59,348 nt of DNA, filler included, from Dugesia japonica (GCA_001938525.1; 5 parts of 5 records of this genome joined end to end with filler, not necessarily neighbours in it); one strand, 5' to 3'; counted from the first letter of the whole stretch, positions 12,225 through 24,372 are shown. The notes: generated by a model from the letters alone, not told the origin. Numbers and translations: made by a program.

Positions 12225-12790
12225 GATTTCAATAAATTAAAAGCTTCGATCAAAATTTTGATTTTTATTTTTCTTAATTGTTGTTAGTATTTCGAATTTT
12301 CGACATTTGTCTTCTTCAGGAATTAACTTTCGGATTTATTCAATATTTATTATTGTAATACGAAAATTTTTGGAATTTATTTTTTTTATTGAATTTTAAT
12401 TAGTTAATTTATTTAAATATTATAAATTCCATCGAGTTTAATTAGTAACTACATTAATAATTCATATTTCTTCCTGTGAAGTGTGGAAAAGTAGTCTGTT
12501 CTTAGTAATTTTCATGTTATATGATGAAATGTTANNNNNNNNNNNNNNNNNNNNNNNNNNNNNNNNNNNNNNNNNNNNNNNNNNNNNNNNNNNNNNNNNN
12601 NNNNNNNNNNNNNNNNNNNNNNNNNNNNNGTGACAATTTTTATTGTATATATTTCTACCATCACAAATGCATTTTGGATCACAAAGGTTTTGTCGTGGTT
12701 TCTGTAATTGGATACCCAAAGGTGTTTTGAATATTATTCTTGGATTGCGCCTGAGTTCAAATTTCGTTTACTATTATTAGTTTGGTTAAC
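12225..12790 (-). mobile_element. Penelope-like element 3' fragment (GIY-YIG region plus pseudo-LTR)
   Basis: Reverse complement matches 22380-22745 (PKCICDGRNI, HRKKxE), followed by the pLTR repeat. Confidence 0.85.
12289..12324 (-). ncRNA. Minimal type I hammerhead ribozyme motif in a Penelope pLTR
   Basis: Minus strand reads AAUUC-CUGAAGA-A-GAC(aaau)GUC-GAA-AAUU-C-GAAAU: intact core boxes, 3-bp stem II, palindromic AAUU at stem III. Confidence 0.6.
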
Positions 12791-13620
12791 AATATCATAT
12801 AATTCCATAAATATTTGTTTAATTACAAACTATTTTGGTTTTTTGTTGAAAGTTAAAAAGATGAAAATTCAAAATATTCAAACACATTAACTTCGATTAA
12901 TTTTTTGATGAAGGTATTTTTTAAAATAACTAATGCCCGTGAAACTTAAAAATATTTATAAGTTAATTTTAAATAAAATTCACCTAAATATATTCATTTA
13001 AAATTTTCAAAATTTAAATATATAGTCTTACATAAATTTTCTGTTCATAAATTTTTAAAATTTAAAATAATTTTTTAGAAATTTTGTTTTAAATTTCAAA
13101 TTTTGACCTTGCTACATTTGATTAAATTTTTACCCAAAACATACTGAAGATTTGAATAATACACTCTATAAAATTTAAAAATTTTACAGGGCACAAACTA
13201 ATTCTTCTAACTACTTTTTGCATTATTTGGTTACGTTTCTCATTAATAAAATGTAATTTAATTACTGTGTTGGTTTTTGGTTTGATTTTATTAAATTTTA
13301 TATTTAAAGATATATATTTAGATATAACTTTATTTTGATGGCCATTTATTTATTTATTTATTTTATAAATTTGAGAGAAATAAATTTCTTTTCTTCATAT
13401 GAAGAAAGTATCTCAACTATAATTATTTCACCATTAATTGTACCAATTTTCTGCCTGATGATGGTAGTATTACTACTCCGGGGTAATATATGTCCACTGT
13501 GAAACAGTTTCACATATAATTGATTTATTATAACTGATTCAATTCTTAAATCCAGTAAATTAAATAATTTAAATAAGTAATCATTTTTCTAATTTTGTAC
13601 TATAAATTGAAATAGTTTAT

Positions 13621-14590
13621 ATGGCGCAGTTAGATGACATTATATCAACAGCAAAGTTAAATAATTTTCAAAAAGGACAGATTGTGGCATATGCAGATTG
13701 CGGAGACATATTGCAAAGAAAATTTGGAGATCTCAACTAAATTTCTTCAAGATTACAAGGCGACTTAAAATTATGAACGTAAAGTTGATAGTGGAAAAAA
13801 AAGATAAACAACGAGTACTGATGATCAAAATATTGTATTTGTGGTAATAAATGCTCTTACCATTTCAGTGAAACAAATCAAAAGTGATCTAAATATGAAT
13901 ATTTCTAAACAAACTATTCGCAACAGATTACACGAAGCTGGATATTATTCGCATTTTCAAGTGAGATAACCGTTTGTACCCATTATTAATCAACAAAGAC
14001 GATTGACATGTGCAATAAAGTATCTAAGTTGGAGAATAGAAACAGTTAATATGGTCAGATGAATCTCTATACGTGTTTCGGTTTTAGCACTCAAAACGCG
14101 TTATTCCAAGTCATGCATGACTGGAACAGTCAAACAAGATAAAAGAATAATGGTCTGGGGATGCTTTGCTTCACTTGGGGTTAGAATCCTTTATAGGTTA
14201 AAAAGAACAATTGAAAAATGAACAATGTCGTCAAATTTAATTTAGACAAATTGTGCTTTCAGCAAAAAAATTGTTCCCAGATGGTAATCACATTTTACAG
14301 CATGACAACGATCCAAAACACAAAGCGAAACTTATTCAAAAATATTTGGAGAGGAAAAATATTAAAACTTAGGACTGGCCATATCAAAGTCCGGATTTAA
14401 ATCCTATTGAAAACGTATGGATTTCTCTGGATAAGCAAGTAGTAGATAGAAATACACAAAATTAAAATGAATTATTTCAAATTTTAGAAGCTGTGGAAAA
14501 ACATACCAACAACTTTTCTCACAAACCTTGTTGCAAACATGCCACACAGATGCTGTTATTAACAATGACGGAATGGCAACCAAGTATTAA
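13621..14590 (+). pseudogene. Tc1-family (DD34E) transposase pseudogene
   Basis: QKGQIVAY; TIRNRLHEAG; WSDES; MVWGCF; QHDNDPKH; DWPYQSPDLNPIENVW; ends TKY*. Several frameshifts. Confidence 0.92.
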
Positions 14591-15051
14591 AATTTATTTT
14601 TAATAAATTGTTTCAAGATTTTTGTCTTATTTTGAAAGTGATCGGATTTTATCTATCTAAAGAGAGAATGAGATTTTATATTAAATAAATAAAGAACTGA
14701 ATTTTAAGAAAACAGATATTTTCAATAAATTTATTATTTATTTTATTTTTTTATATTATTTTTTCATTATATCCATCTTATAATAATAATAATTGATTGA
14801 TTCTTTATTTAAACAATATAGATTGAATCATTATATATTTTACAGTTACTCCGTCAAAACTATATAACAATAAATTGGTACTTTTCGGTTATCTTGACCT
14901 CATCAAAAATTTTATAATTTTTTTAATCTTAAGATATTGATAAAATTAATTTTCAAAATTAAACAAAATCAATCTTAAATAAAATAAAATATATTATATT
15001 AAATATATTGAATAATAAATAAAATACTCTTCTTCTTTATTTTTAAGAAAG

Positions 15052-15682
15052 ATGAATCTCTGGAGCCTATCAACTACTGAGGAGGAAACTGTGAAATTCT
15101 TTCAAGATCGTGGTCCACTATCAAAAGAACAAAGATGCAAGAACGACCATCTCATGAAGCTGTACATTGGCAAAGAAATCTTCTGGAAGTGCACACTCAG
15201 GGCCTGCTATCAGAAGATCAATATTCGCAACGGCAACTGGTTCACTCAATCTCGTCTTCCATTCGTTACTGTTGCGCGTTTCATCTACATCTGGGCCTGG
15301 GAAATGACATATGGGAAGCTTTGCAAGAAGGAGCTCGGGATCAACAAGGACACAACAACAGACTGGAGTAACTATCTGAGGCAAGCATGAGTGGAGACTC
15401 TACTGACGAAGGATCAAGGACAAATTGGCGGCGAGACGATGATCGTGGAAATTGATGAGTCACTTTTTACCAAGCTCAAAAACAATGCCGGTCGGGTGCT
15501 ACCTCAACAACGGATCTTCAGAGGGATATGCCGCAAAACCCAAGAATTCTTTCTCATCGAAGTACCGGATCGAAGTGTGCCTACTCTCCTGACTGCAATC
15601 AAGGAGAACATTGCCGAGGGGACCATCATCTACTCAGACAGCTGGAAGACCTAGAAGACACAAGAACTGGAACTGAATAGAT
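15052..15682 (+). pseudogene. Merlin (IS1595-like DDE) transposase, 3'-truncated
   Basis: CKNDH..WKC..C; DWSNYLR; IGG...VEIDESLF; VPDRS..TLL..I..GTIIYSDSW; in-frame stops. Confidence 0.92.
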
Positions 15683-16141
15683 GAAATTACAATGAATTAA
15701 ATTAACTAAAAAAATATAAAAACTTAAATTATTTTTATAGTTTATTTAATATATAAAAACGAAAATATCAAATAATAATGAGATTTTAAATTATTTTCGA
15801 TTTTAAATTTCTCTATTGGTTAACCAGTGTTAGTTCTATTTAATTATACATTAAAATGAAAGAAAACGACATCTATGTCTTAAAGGTTTCTTAATTTCGT
15901 TTTCACAATTTTTCATATTTTACAATGGTTCTAAATTAAAATTGAAACAATTATAATTAAATTAAATTAAATTTTAAAAAAGTATTTTCAAGAAAAACAT
16001 TAAAATTTCATTTAATTTTAAATTAAAGTAAATAAATATGTGATTGATGTAACTGAATTTATTTAAATATATAAATAAAATAACATATTGATTTACATAA
16101 AATCAATGAATTATTTTTAATAAGAATAATTTTCATTTAAG

Positions 16142-16315
16142 ACGTATACAAAGAATCGTTTGAAAAATTTGAAATCGATTGTCTAAATATTATTGACAAA
16201 GCAAACATAAAATTGGATATAAAAATAACAGATTCTAAACAAAAATCCATCGAATATTCATTAAAAGAAATAAATTTCGGTATTTATCAATGTAGCTATT
16301 CGCCAATAATAGAAG
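16142..16315 (+). CDS. Filamin-type Ig-repeat protein, next exon
   Basis: AAG| (N)VYKESFEKFEIDC..LDIKITDSKQKSI..GIYQCSYSPIIE |GTAAG; phase matches the exon ending at 12168. Confidence 0.8.
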
Positions 16316-16553
16316 GTAAGATTAATATTTATTTTTCTTATCAATATTTTGTCTTAAAATATTTCCTTTATCTTTAATCAATATTTGCAAATAAAAATTA
16401 TTAAATTAATTATTAATTGATTATTATTAATATTATTAAATTTATTTCAATATTTTTTAATTAAATTTTTTATCAATTGCTTCAATAATTTAATGATTAA
16501 ATTTAATATAAAACGCACAAATTTCATTTTACATGTTACTTAATTGAGTTTAA

Positions 16554-16929
16554 CCCTTTTAATACGAGTTTTTTTCTTTTCATAATATTTAGATAATATA
16601 TGTTACATATGATTTGTTATCAACTAAGCAACATAGAGAAAATAAAATTAACCAATTACCGAAATAATTTATCAATAACAACCGTTAAAAAAACCAATTC
16701 CTGACAAAGACGTAGTCGAAAATTAGAATTATTATCACAAGCAAAGAAATATTTTAATCAAAGCTTTTATTTTAATGAAAACTATTAAANNNNNNNNNNN
16801 NNNNNNNNNNNNNNNNNNNNNNNNNNNNNNNNNNNNNNNNNNNNNNNNNNNNNNNNNNNNNNNNNNNNNNNNNNNNNNNNNNNNNNNNNNNNNNNNNNNN
16901 NNNNNNNNNNNNNNNNNNNNNNGAAAGGG
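16554..16929. mobile_element. Possible piggyBac-type MITE containing a Penelope pLTR piece
   Basis: TTAA-CCCTTT ... AAAGGG-TTAA termini; interior partly gapped. Confidence 0.4.
16696..16730 (+). ncRNA. Minimal hammerhead motif, copy with a G8A core mutation
   Basis: AAUUC-CUGACAA-A-GAC(gua)GUC-GAA-AAUU-A-GAAUU; perfect 5-bp stem I. Confidence 0.5.
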
Positions 16930-17404
16930 TTAAATAATGAAGTCTTAAAAATATATTTTTAGTGTTAAAATATCAAATAATCTGTCGGATTGAAAATTGT
17001 CTTTCGAATTAGAATTAGAAGTGATGTGAGTGAACTCGAAATAAATATCGTTGTCAAATATTATAATATATTAGTTAATATTATTCAAATAGTTCTCCAT
17101 TAAAGTTTATTGATTATGACAAGTTTGATTCCAAAAATTATTATATGCCTTCTTTTATTGAATATTTAAATAAATATTCTATTAATATTTAAACATTTCT
17201 ACAACTTATATTTTTTTGAAATATATTAAATTAACAAAATTTTAAAAAATAAATTTAAAAATCATTCTATTGAATCAATTTTAAAATTTAAACATTTTAA
17301 AACCTAAAATTAATTTAATTAAACTTTTAAAACGAAATTAATTGTTTGCATTATATTTCTAATTTTTACAAAATCAATGCTTCACAATACTTAACTTAAT
17401 AAAA

Positions 17405-17705
17405 AGGTTCATGATTCGCCAAACACACATCGTACAATCTACGCTACAAAAATTAAACAATTTAAACTATGAAAGTCTGTCTCATTCTGCATACTCACTA
17501 GATCTCTTCTCACTAATTAACATTATTTTAAAACATTTAAATAAGTTGTTTGACGGTAAAACCTTCAACAACAAAGATACAGTTATTAATACCTTCAAAG
17601 ATTTCGTTGCACCTAGAACTACCGATGTCTATTCTATGTTGGATAAATAAACTTTCAAATATGAGTGAAATGTGTACATAGTAATAGATTTTATTTTCAT
17701 AAATA
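17405..17705 (+). pseudogene. mariner transposase C-terminal fragment
   Basis: LSHSAYSLDL..KHL...DGKTFNN (degenerate HPPYSPDL). Confidence 0.75.
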
Positions 17706-17711
17706 AATTTT

Positions 17712-18090
17712 TTCACAATTTCAATTATTGCGCGAATAATTGTTGAACGTAACCATTGATCATTTTTCAGAAATCATTAAAATAAAAGCTTCGAACAAAA
17801 TTTATTTTTTTTAGTTTTTGTTAATAATTTTATATTTCAACTTTGTCTTCTTCAGGAATTGACTTTTTGATTTATTCAATATTTATTTTTACAATAGAAA
17901 TTTTCTTTGAATTTATTTATTTTTACTAAATTTTAATTGGTCAATTTTTANNNNNNNNNNNNNNNNNNNNNNNNNNNNNNNNNNNNNNNNNNNNNNNNNN
18001 NNNNNNNNNNNNNNNNNNNNNNNNNNNNNNNNNNNNNNNNNGTCGTCTGTTCCTAGTGTTTTCCATGTTAAGTGATGTTGTTCTGGTGAA
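17712..18090 (-). mobile_element. Penelope-like 3' fragment with pLTR
   Basis: PEQHHLTWKTLGT (cf. 22675-22712), followed by a pLTR containing AATTC-CTGAAGA-AGAC..GTT-GAAA. Confidence 0.8.
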
Positions 18091-18120
18091 ATCTTTTGGA
18101 TCATCTTTTTTTGACCAAGT

Positions 18121-18232
18121 TGTTCAAATTAAAAACACGATATAATTGATTATTCAAATTAAAAACATGATATAATGGATTGTTCAAAATAAAAACATGA
18201 TGTATTGGATTGATCGAATAAAAAATATGATA
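18121..18232. repeat. ~30-bp tandem minisatellite, about 3.5 copies
   Basis: TGTTCAAATTAAAAACAYGATATAATKGAT units. Confidence 0.85.
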
Positions 18233-18294
18233 AAAATTTAAATTTAAAAATTACAAACACGATAGAAAATCTATAAATTTATTAAACAAAAAAT

Positions 18295-18394
18295 NNNNNN
18301 NNNNNNNNNNNNNNNNNNNNNNNNNNNNNNNNNNNNNNTTAATTAATTAANNNNNNNNNNNNNNNNNNNNNNNNNNNNNNNNNNNNNNNNNNNN
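18295..18394. other. Artificial contig spacer
   Basis: 44N + TTAATTAATTAA + 44N. Confidence 0.97.
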
Positions 18395-18689
18395 ATTTAG
18401 ATACAATTATATTTGAATAACCATTATTTAGAAACTTATTTTTTATCAACCTTAAGGAAGTCAATCTCATTTCTTTATTTAGTCTTTATTTAGTCTTTCA
18501 GCTTTTATTATTTCACCCTTGATTATTCTAATTTTCTGTCTAATGTTAGTATTAATACTCCAGGGTAATATATGTCTACTGTAAAATAGTTTCATATATA
18601 ACGGGCAAATTAATAATTTGCCAGGTTTCTTTTGGATTTAAGTGTCCAGAAAATGAATTTGAAAGTCAATTGACTTCTCTAAAGTGTAT

Positions 18690-19326
18690 GTGATATTATC
18701 AATAATTCTATTGGCTATTTCTAGAAATAATCAATTGTTTGACCTAGCGGTAGTAGGAAAAATTTGATTGTATGTTATTTATTTAAATCAAAGTTATTCA
18801 AGTCAAAATTAAAAAACTTATATTGGCATGGGGTCTCAGATGAAGAGCATGGACTGACTAAATCTGTATTTTGTAATATTAAAATGAAAATTATAAATGG
18901 TTTTGATTCTAATTGGAGCAAAAGATTAAGACCTAGAGATATTATTGTTGTTGATGATCTGTATCAGGAGGCAAACAAAAAATCGATTTCAATTATCTAT
19001 TCACAAAGATATCAAGACATCGTAATGTGACTGTGATATTTATAACTCAAAATCTATTTTATCAGGAGAGTAGTCATAGAACCCGTTATTTAAACGGACA
19101 ATATTTGGTTTTATTCAAAAATTCTATAGATCAAACTGTTGTTGATTTTCTAGCAAGACAAGCATATCCTAATAACTGACAATTTCTTATTAAATCATTT
19201 CAAGATGCCACAGAAATACCACATGAATATCTATTTCTGGACTTTACACAACAATGTCCAGAACGATTATAGGATGAGAACAGATATATTCAATCCAAAT
19301 GGTATCACAATATATAAACAAAATAG
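18690..19326 (+). pseudogene. Polinton DNA-packaging ATPase (FtsK/A32-like)
   Basis: Decayed Walker A IV*PSGS/GK at ~18734; Walker B IIVVDDL; LFTKISRHRNVTVIFITQNLF; YLVLFKN..D...FLARQAYP; DATEIPHEYLFLD; RMRTDIF. Confidence 0.92.
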
Positions 19327-19351
19327 GTAATTTTTCATAATTTTTCAAAGA

Positions 19352-19531
19352 ATGACAAAATTAAAGAAATTTGTAGTTGATCAAGTAACTGATGGTGCTG
19401 TTAAACATCAAAAAATATCTTTTGAGAAGGAAATGTATGGAAAAAAGAAGAAACAATCACATAAAAAACGTCATGTGAAAAGAAAGCAACAAGTAAATAA
19501 AAAGAATATGTTTAAAAAACTTGCAAAATGA
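19352..19531 (+). CDS. Small Lys-rich Polinton protein, possibly frameshift-truncated
   Basis: MTKLKKFVVDQ...KKKKQSHKKRHVKRKQQ, immediately downstream of the ATPase. Confidence 0.4.
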   Translation: MTKLKKFVVDQVTDGAVKHQKISFEKEMYGKKKKQSHKKRHVKRKQQVNKKNMFKKLAK

Positions 19532-19605
19532 AGTGGAAAGAAGCTGAGAATAATGAACAAAAAACGATTTTAAACAAATGAATGGTATGTATTATTTTAA
19601 TTAAG

Positions 19606-19931
19606 ATGAAATTACAAAGAAGCATTCCATTTTTACAGCTTTCAAAACCTTTTAGAATGAGAATTTTACAATCATTTCCACCAAATTCTTTAGATGATTT
19701 ACTTGAAATTATTATAAATATTGTTCGTGGTAATGTAGATTTAAGTGCAGCCAAAAATGAAAACATTGAAAAAACATAGAAAACTTTATTTACGCTTGTA
19801 AACACAAAAAATACAATGAAATACACTAAAGAAATACAATGATACGAGTAATAAAAAATCATGGAGGTGGCTTTCATGCAGAATTAATACCAATTGCATT
19901 AGCTGCATTAGGCTTAATTCATTTCAAATAA
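19606..19931 (+). pseudogene. Conserved small Polinton virion-module protein with a hydrophobic C-terminus
   Basis: PFLQL..RILQ..LLEIIINIVRGNVDLS..(frameshift)..KNHGGGFHAELIPIALAALGL; matches the E..xNIxxGNVxL / GGF pattern. Confidence 0.75.
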
Positions 19932-20457
19932 ACAATGGTTGACGTTATAGCGTTATTATTAATAATTACAATAGACTTAACTCAAATGAACAATGAGTGG
20001 ATGGCAATCATTACCTAATTTTGACATGAAATTTGCATTGAGTTGTTGTTATGGAGATAAAAATGAAGACAATATAGACATGTCAAAAAAACCTAGCAGG
20101 TTTTCGAGGCATAGAAAATTCATGAAAGCAGCTCAAAAACGAAACGAAAGACAAAAGTGGTTATCTGGTCATCTGGCGTACAACCTGAACAATCTAATAT
20201 TGAAACGATTTCCAACAAGAGCATATAAATCATAGTATTGATGATTTATGACCAATGAACCTAATTGGGATGATTCCGTATTTAAATTTGTTAGAGGTTA
20301 CAAGTATATGCTAATATGGATTCAATAAATTTTCAAAATTTGATCCTGTTAAATCAAAGGAACTTGAAAGAATAAACAATACTATGTAAATTGATATGAA
20401 TAAGAAAACCAAGTTGAATAGTATCAACACAAATAACCAATCAAAACAAAAATTTAG

Positions 20458-20780
20458 ATGAAATCAAATAATTTCTATATGCTTTTACCCAATAATAGTA
20501 TTCCACTAGTTCATCCAAATAATAATGCTAGTAATTACATTGTTCAGCTTCAAAATACATTTTACATGGTTAGTAGTTGGGTAGTTGCCATGATGAATTT
20601 CACTTTTGTATATTCAGCCATGCCAATTTACAGTCAATCTATGATTGCATATACTAATCATTTAAACTAATTGAGAAGGAACTAACAATTGTTGTTAACC
20701 ATAAAAAAAGAAAACGTTCTTTTAACTGTTACTAGTAAAGACAAATTATAAACTAATTTGGAAACAGTAATACAATTTGT
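20458..20780 (+). pseudogene. Polinton minor capsid (penton-like), 5' part
   Basis: FYMLLPNNS...HPNNNASNYIVQLQ......WVVAM matches FYxxLPSNS..PxNxxSxFxVxL..WEVxL. Confidence 0.85.
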
Positions 20781-20859
20781 TAGAATTATTATTTCTTAAG
20801 TGTTAAATTTTTTTTATGTTTCGCTGTTTTCTTTGATGTTATTATTTGCCTCTAACCAT

Positions 20860-21010
20860 TCTAGAAAAATATTTTTTGTATTGTTGAATTTAACATGAAT
20901 TCAACCTCTGGTAATAACTCAACAAGATTTCTATGCATTTTATTTTTCTGGCATATTTGAATTGCATCTTAGATAGTTCTGAATAAACAATCTTTCAAAA
21001 GGATGATACC
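20860..21010 (-). pseudogene. Possible retroviral-type integrase fragment
   Basis: YHP..ERL/LFRTI*D...LVELLPEVEFMLNSTIQK across a frameshift. Confidence 0.35.
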
Positions 21011-23520
21011 AACGTACAATTATCGTATCCCAGAAATTGATAGCAATATAGAAGAACTCAGAAATAACCTTTTAGAAACTTACAAATATAATAAGAATAT
21101 CAAATCTAAAGCAATAAAAACAAAATTATTAAAGAAATAAAGAATTTGAAATCAATCATCATCAGTCCAACAGACAAAACAAATAAATTGGTAGCTTTAC
21201 ATGAACAGACATACAAGGACTTCTACTCTAAACATCTGAATAATTATGAGACCATCATCCATAAAAGACTACCAATTACGGAAGAGAATAAATTTAATAA
21301 AGAANNNNNNNNNNNNNNNNNNNNNNNNNNNNNNNNNNNNNNNNNNNNNNNNNNNNNNNNNNNNNNNNNNNNNNNNNNNNNNNNNNNNNNNNNNNNNNNN
21401 NNNNNNNNNNNNNNNNNNNNNNNNNNNNNNNNNNNNNNNNNNNNNNNNNNNNNNNNNNNNNNNNNNNNNNNNNNNNNNNNNNNTTATTGAATTTTGTTCC
21501 AGCACATTTGAAAAATAGTTATGAGTTTGTTGAACGAATTAAAAGTTATGACTGTAAAAACGATGATCAATTTGGTTCATTGGATGTAACAAATCTTTAT
21601 GGATCAATTCCCGTTGAAGAACCGGAAAATGTCATCGATATTGTGAGTGATTTCTTTGAGAGATATAAAGAACATACAGATATTCCTGAAATCACNAAAA
21701 ATGATTTCAAATCTCTTATTAATTTGTGTCTATTCTCTGACAGCATTTTTATCGGTGAACAACGTTTTAAAAAAAAGTGGTCTGGCAATGGATAACAATT
21801 TTTCTCCTATTTTAGCGATACTTTTTATGATCTTCATTGAAAATAAAATTATTGTCAAAGATGAACAGAAGATACATCTTTGGTTCAGATATATANNNNN
21901 NNNNNNNNNNNNNNNNNNNNNNNNNNNNNNNNNNNNNNNNNNNNNNNNNNNNNNNNNNNNNNNNNNNNNNNNNNNNNNNNNNNNNNNNNNNNNNNNNNNN
22001 NNNNNNNNNNNNNNNNNNNNNATCCAAAAGAAACCTGGTGAATTATTACTTACCCAGTTGTATATGAAACCATTTCACAGTAGACATATATTACCTTGTA
22101 GTAATACTACCATCAGGCAGAAAATTGGAATAATCTAGGGTGAAAAAATGAGAGCTGAAAGACTATCTACAAACGAAGAAATAAGACTGACTTCCCTCAG
22201 GATGATAAAAAATAAATTTCGAAATAATGGTTATCCAAATAGAATTGTATATAAACATCTATACGCAAATACAGAATTTTATAAAATCAAACAAAAGACA
22301 AATGCATTAATTAAATTTCTTATTATTAATGAGAAATATAGCCAAATAATGCAAAATATAATTAAAAAGTCGAAACTAAAACACAATCCAAGAATTATAT
22401 TTAAAACACAAGNNNNNNNNNNNNNNNNNNNNNNNNNNNNNNNNNNNNNNNNNNNNNNNNNNNNNNNNNNNNNNNNNNNNNNTCCCAAATGCATTTGTGA
22501 TGGTAGAAATATATGCAATAAATAAAATATCACTTACAAAATAACATGCACCTTATATAAAGATACATATATAGGAGAATCATTCAGAACCATCCGCACA
22601 AGAATTAAAGAACATCTGAAACAGAAAGAAAGTGAAGTCTTCAAACACTTTCGAAACAAACATAATGTTTTACCAGAAAATTATCATGTTACATGGAAAA
22701 CATTAGGAACAGTCTACACTTCTACACTTCACAGAAAGAAACATGAGCAGATTTTAATTAAAGAAGATAAACCTCAGATTAATGTAGTGTTCAACAATTA
22801 CAATATTTGAAAAAATATTTTTGATTAAAAAAACAGTTTATATCAATATCTATAAATAATATGTTTAAAATAAATATATTTTTTATATTAAAAATATAAA
22901 AAAACGAAATAATATTAATAAAATATAATATTAATAATATTAATTAAATACATTAATTAGTTGTCCTAATACGAATTTGAAAGAAACTTTTAAAAAAAAA
23001 TTTTAGTTCAAAAAAAATTAATTTTATAATTTTGTGTAAAATTAGTTCATTTTTGAATGAATTTTAAAAAAAGAATTTTTTAAAAAATAACATTTATTTA
23101 TAAAAAAACACAAATTAAAATTTTTAAAAATTTTCAAAAAATACGAAAATTTAAAATTAAAAATTCTAAGTATAATAAATCTAAAATATCTAAAAGGCTT
23201 TTCTGTATAATTTAAAAAAATTTTTTGAAATTTTTTGAGTTGATTTAAAAATAAAAATTAAAATCATTAAAATTNNNNNNNNNNNNNNNNNNNNNNNNNN
23301 NNNNNNNNNNNNNNNNNNNNNNNNNNNNNNNNNNNNNNNNNNNNNNNNNNNNNNNNNNNNNNNNNNNNNNNNNNNNNNNNNNNNNNNNNNNNNNNNNNNN
23401 NNNNNNNNNNNNNNNNNNNNNNNNNNNNNNNNNNNNNNNNNNNNNNNNTATTTTAATGAAATCTCAAATGCGATCAATGGTTAAGTCCAACAATTATTCT
23501 CAAAATAATTGTAATTATAA
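21000..23520 (+). mobile_element. Penelope-like retroelement: RT plus GIY-YIG pseudogene ~21000-22810, pLTR end at 23450-23520
   Basis: PTDKTNK; FGSLDVTNLYGSIP; GLAMDNNFSPILA; WFRYI; LYMKPFHS; NGYP; ITYKITC....TYIGESFRTIRTRIKEH; KPQIN. Confidence 0.93.
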
Positions 23521-23559
23521 ATTTCTATTTTGAAATAAAACTAAACGTGTTAAATTTAA

Positions 23560-23936
23560 TAAAATCCTAACAATGTCATTAGGATTAAAAGAATCGCAAT
23601 ATAATCGATTTAATTTGGTGATAAACAACTACAATACGAAAATATCAAGAAACCTAGAATATTAAAGAGTTATAATGAAATGTGCATCTATTGTAGTATT
23701 GTTGAACCTATTGTTGTTGGTGATGTGTATGTTTCTTAATTAAAATCAGTATGGATAGAACAAAATGAAAATAATAAAGTAGTTTAAATAATTGTTGATC
23801 ATTCAATGTATTTACATATTTATTCATCATATATAAACAATATAGAAATTAATATAATATATGAAAGCGAAAAACTAATCAACTTTGCTGAAGACTCAAA
23901 AACACATTTAACGTTACATTTTAGAAAAGTCAATAA
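23560..23936 (+). pseudogene. Polinton minor capsid (penton-like), 3' part
   Basis: MCIYCSIVEPIVVGDVYVS*LKSV...MYL....INNIEINI...LTLHFRK. Confidence 0.88.
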
Positions 23937-24372
23937 TGTATCCTGATATTGTATCGTTGTATAGTACTAGTCAAGCCGATGAAGAATTACCTTACTTTCT
24001 TGGAAAGCAGTATGGATCTGGTTGGTTGAGAACAATAGGTAGATTTGATTTGCCAATTCTTAAACGTATTGGTTCATTTAGTATGAAAACAGCTCAGGAT
24101 GTACTAATTAATAATGGAGAAATACTACCAATATTGAAACCATAATCATTAGCTGAAAATGTTATGTCATCATTGCCTAGCGGAGTAACCAGTATGATTC
24201 AAAATGTAGCAGGTATATAACCTCAAAGTATAACAACTAAAATACCATCTAAAATAACTAATATGCTAAAAAATAAACTCAAAACAAAACCAACTAATAA
24301 AAAACGTAAAAAATCTCGCGCATCACTTATAAACAAACGAATGAGAGGCCATGGAACAATATTTGAAAACTG
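23936..24372 (+). pseudogene. Polinton core-like protein with a QxGxG motif and basic tail
   Basis: LPYFLGKQYGSGWLRTIGRFDLPILKRIG...TAQDVL; C-terminus KKRKKSR..INKRMRGHGTIFEN; in-frame stops. Confidence 0.75.

Noticed and set aside
18121-18232. 30-bp periodic repeat as a CRISPR array
   Set aside because: Head-to-tail units with no unique spacers, no cas genes, eukaryotic context.
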